64,000 nt of DNA, taken from NCBI GenBank assembly GCA_963514005.1, contig OY740783.1:42470001-42534000 (forward strand). The letters are read 5' to 3'. This stretch comes from Raja brachyura (taxonomy: Eukaryota). The notes below the pieces were generated by a model that was given only the letters and a program-made list of their open reading frames with translations, searched no databases and had not been told where the DNA came from. The translations under genes and the position numbers were made by a program. This document shows, piece by piece, positions 62,557 through 64,000 of this stretch (the stretch's first letter is position 1; every line of letters begins with the position of its first letter).

Positions 62557-63468
62557 CTACCCTGTTGTCAGGTTTTTATGATATTTTAAAATATTTCTTA
62601 TATTTTCTTGCATTCAATTAAATTTTTTGAATTAAGTTACTAATTAAAAATCATTAACCTAAAAAGAAAATTTGCTATAGATAACTAAAGGGTTTAGTAA
62701 AAATCATTAAATTTAACCATACATTTAAAAAAAAAAGACAATATCACAGCTGTTAACTCAGCAATACTTTGACCTCTGAGCTGGAATGGGAAGTTGGCTA
62801 GAGAATCAATGTTGTAATTTTGCAGTTAGTTCTCTGAGTTGCTGAGATTGCAGCATCATCACGTTTACCTTCATATTTCATTCCATGCATTCTTGCTGAC
62901 AGGTGGCAAAGTTAGATTAAAGCTTCCACCTAACTTGGAATCTCGTGATCTGAGAATAAATATGGCTATGTTTTTAATTCTGCTCACATCAACAGTTCAT
63001 TGCGATGGCCTCATAGCATTTTTTTAATCTCTTAGTTCAGAACCTGCTCACAGTCCTGATTAAGAGCAACATGCATTTTGAATTCTGAAAGTTGAATTTC
63101 TAGCATTTTAAAACAATTTCTTTGTACAATTCTGGTTAAGACCATGAGATAAACTTTTGCTAATTCTTCAATGCACTGATGATTCTTTACATGTGTAACT
63201 TTTCATCCTATTGATTCTACCGATTCCATTATTTGTGATGTTCATTTCTTTCCATTTCATCGTGGTCTTGGACTGTACTCAATATTAATTATAGACAATG
63301 AAAGACTCGTACACGAAAAGGAGGTAATATAAACCCATGGTGATGCTCCAAATGAAGATATCAGATAAGCAATCCATTATAATCTTTTTGTTTAATATAT
63401 AATAGATATGAAAATTGGGTTGAGGAAAACTGGCCTGATATCACCACATCTGGTCAGTATGTGTGTTC

Positions 63469-64000
63469 TGGTATATTTCAAAACTTACCTTCAGCGGCGC
63501 TGCAGTTCTGTCACTGGCCGTGTGCGCGACTTAGGCGCCTTTGAGATGGGGGCGGGTTTAAAATGCGGTTTTTCTTCAGACTATTCAAATCGATTTTGAA
63601 CAGACTGTTTAGTTGCTGAAGAAAAATTGCTTTGACTGCCGTTTTATTAAGTTTATTAAAATTAGCGCTGGATAATTTAATGGCAGGAGTAAAATTATAA
63701 TCATTTTCTAATGCCGACAACGGGACAGATCTCACGTATGGGACAAAGCAAGGTACGTTTATTTTTTGATATAAACTTGCTTCTAAGGATGCCTTTAATC
63801 AAAATGTTACGTTGCGAAAAGGTGACTTAGTACCCATACGAACCAGCAGTATTTTTCCTGCCGATATGGGGTTTAAATTCACTGCAACCACAACGTTCCA
63901 AACAATCGCGTTCCACAAAATCCCATCGCAAGATGGTTAAAATGGCCATTAATTTACAGGAATTAAACACTAAATTCCTTCCATTTGGCCTATAAATTCA
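63469..64000. mobile_element. Diverged, inverted relative of the 56370-57400 DNA transposon, running off the window end
   Basis: agcggcgctgcagttctg (63493 onward) and cattaatttacagg.attaaacactaaattccttccatttggcctataa (63947-63995) are reverse complements of ~57357-57375 and ~56870-56920. Confidence 0.85.

Overview
Eukaryotic, gene-poor, repeat-dense DNA, most likely from an elasmobranch (skate, ray or shark). That assignment rests on recognising HE1-type tRNA-derived V-SINEs, CR1/HER1-type LINEs, Rex1/Babar LINEs, Penelope-like elements and Deu-domain SINE relics from memory; no database search was run. No intact host gene, RNA gene or CRISPR array is supported, and the longer ORFs are LINE remnants or low-complexity artefacts. 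The window is a nested transposon landscape in which several empty insertion sites can be rebuilt by eye. The clearest structures are: (1) a 1.6-kb non-autonomous Helitron (TC...hairpin...CTAG at an A|T site) carrying a 48-bp minisatellite; (2) four PIF/Harbinger-type MITEs with TWA target duplications; (3) a 1-kb TAG...CTA DNA element with an apparent 7-bp TSD and a second diverged copy; (4) many short Penelope terminal-repeat insertions carrying a minimal hammerhead-ribozyme-like core; (5) two GC-rich non-coding retroposons with Rex1-like tails; (6) a recent direct/inverted/direct rearrangement at about 20 kb. Boundaries of degraded repeats are approximate. I see no convincing wholly new biological system; the best leads are possibly uncatalogued mobile-element families.
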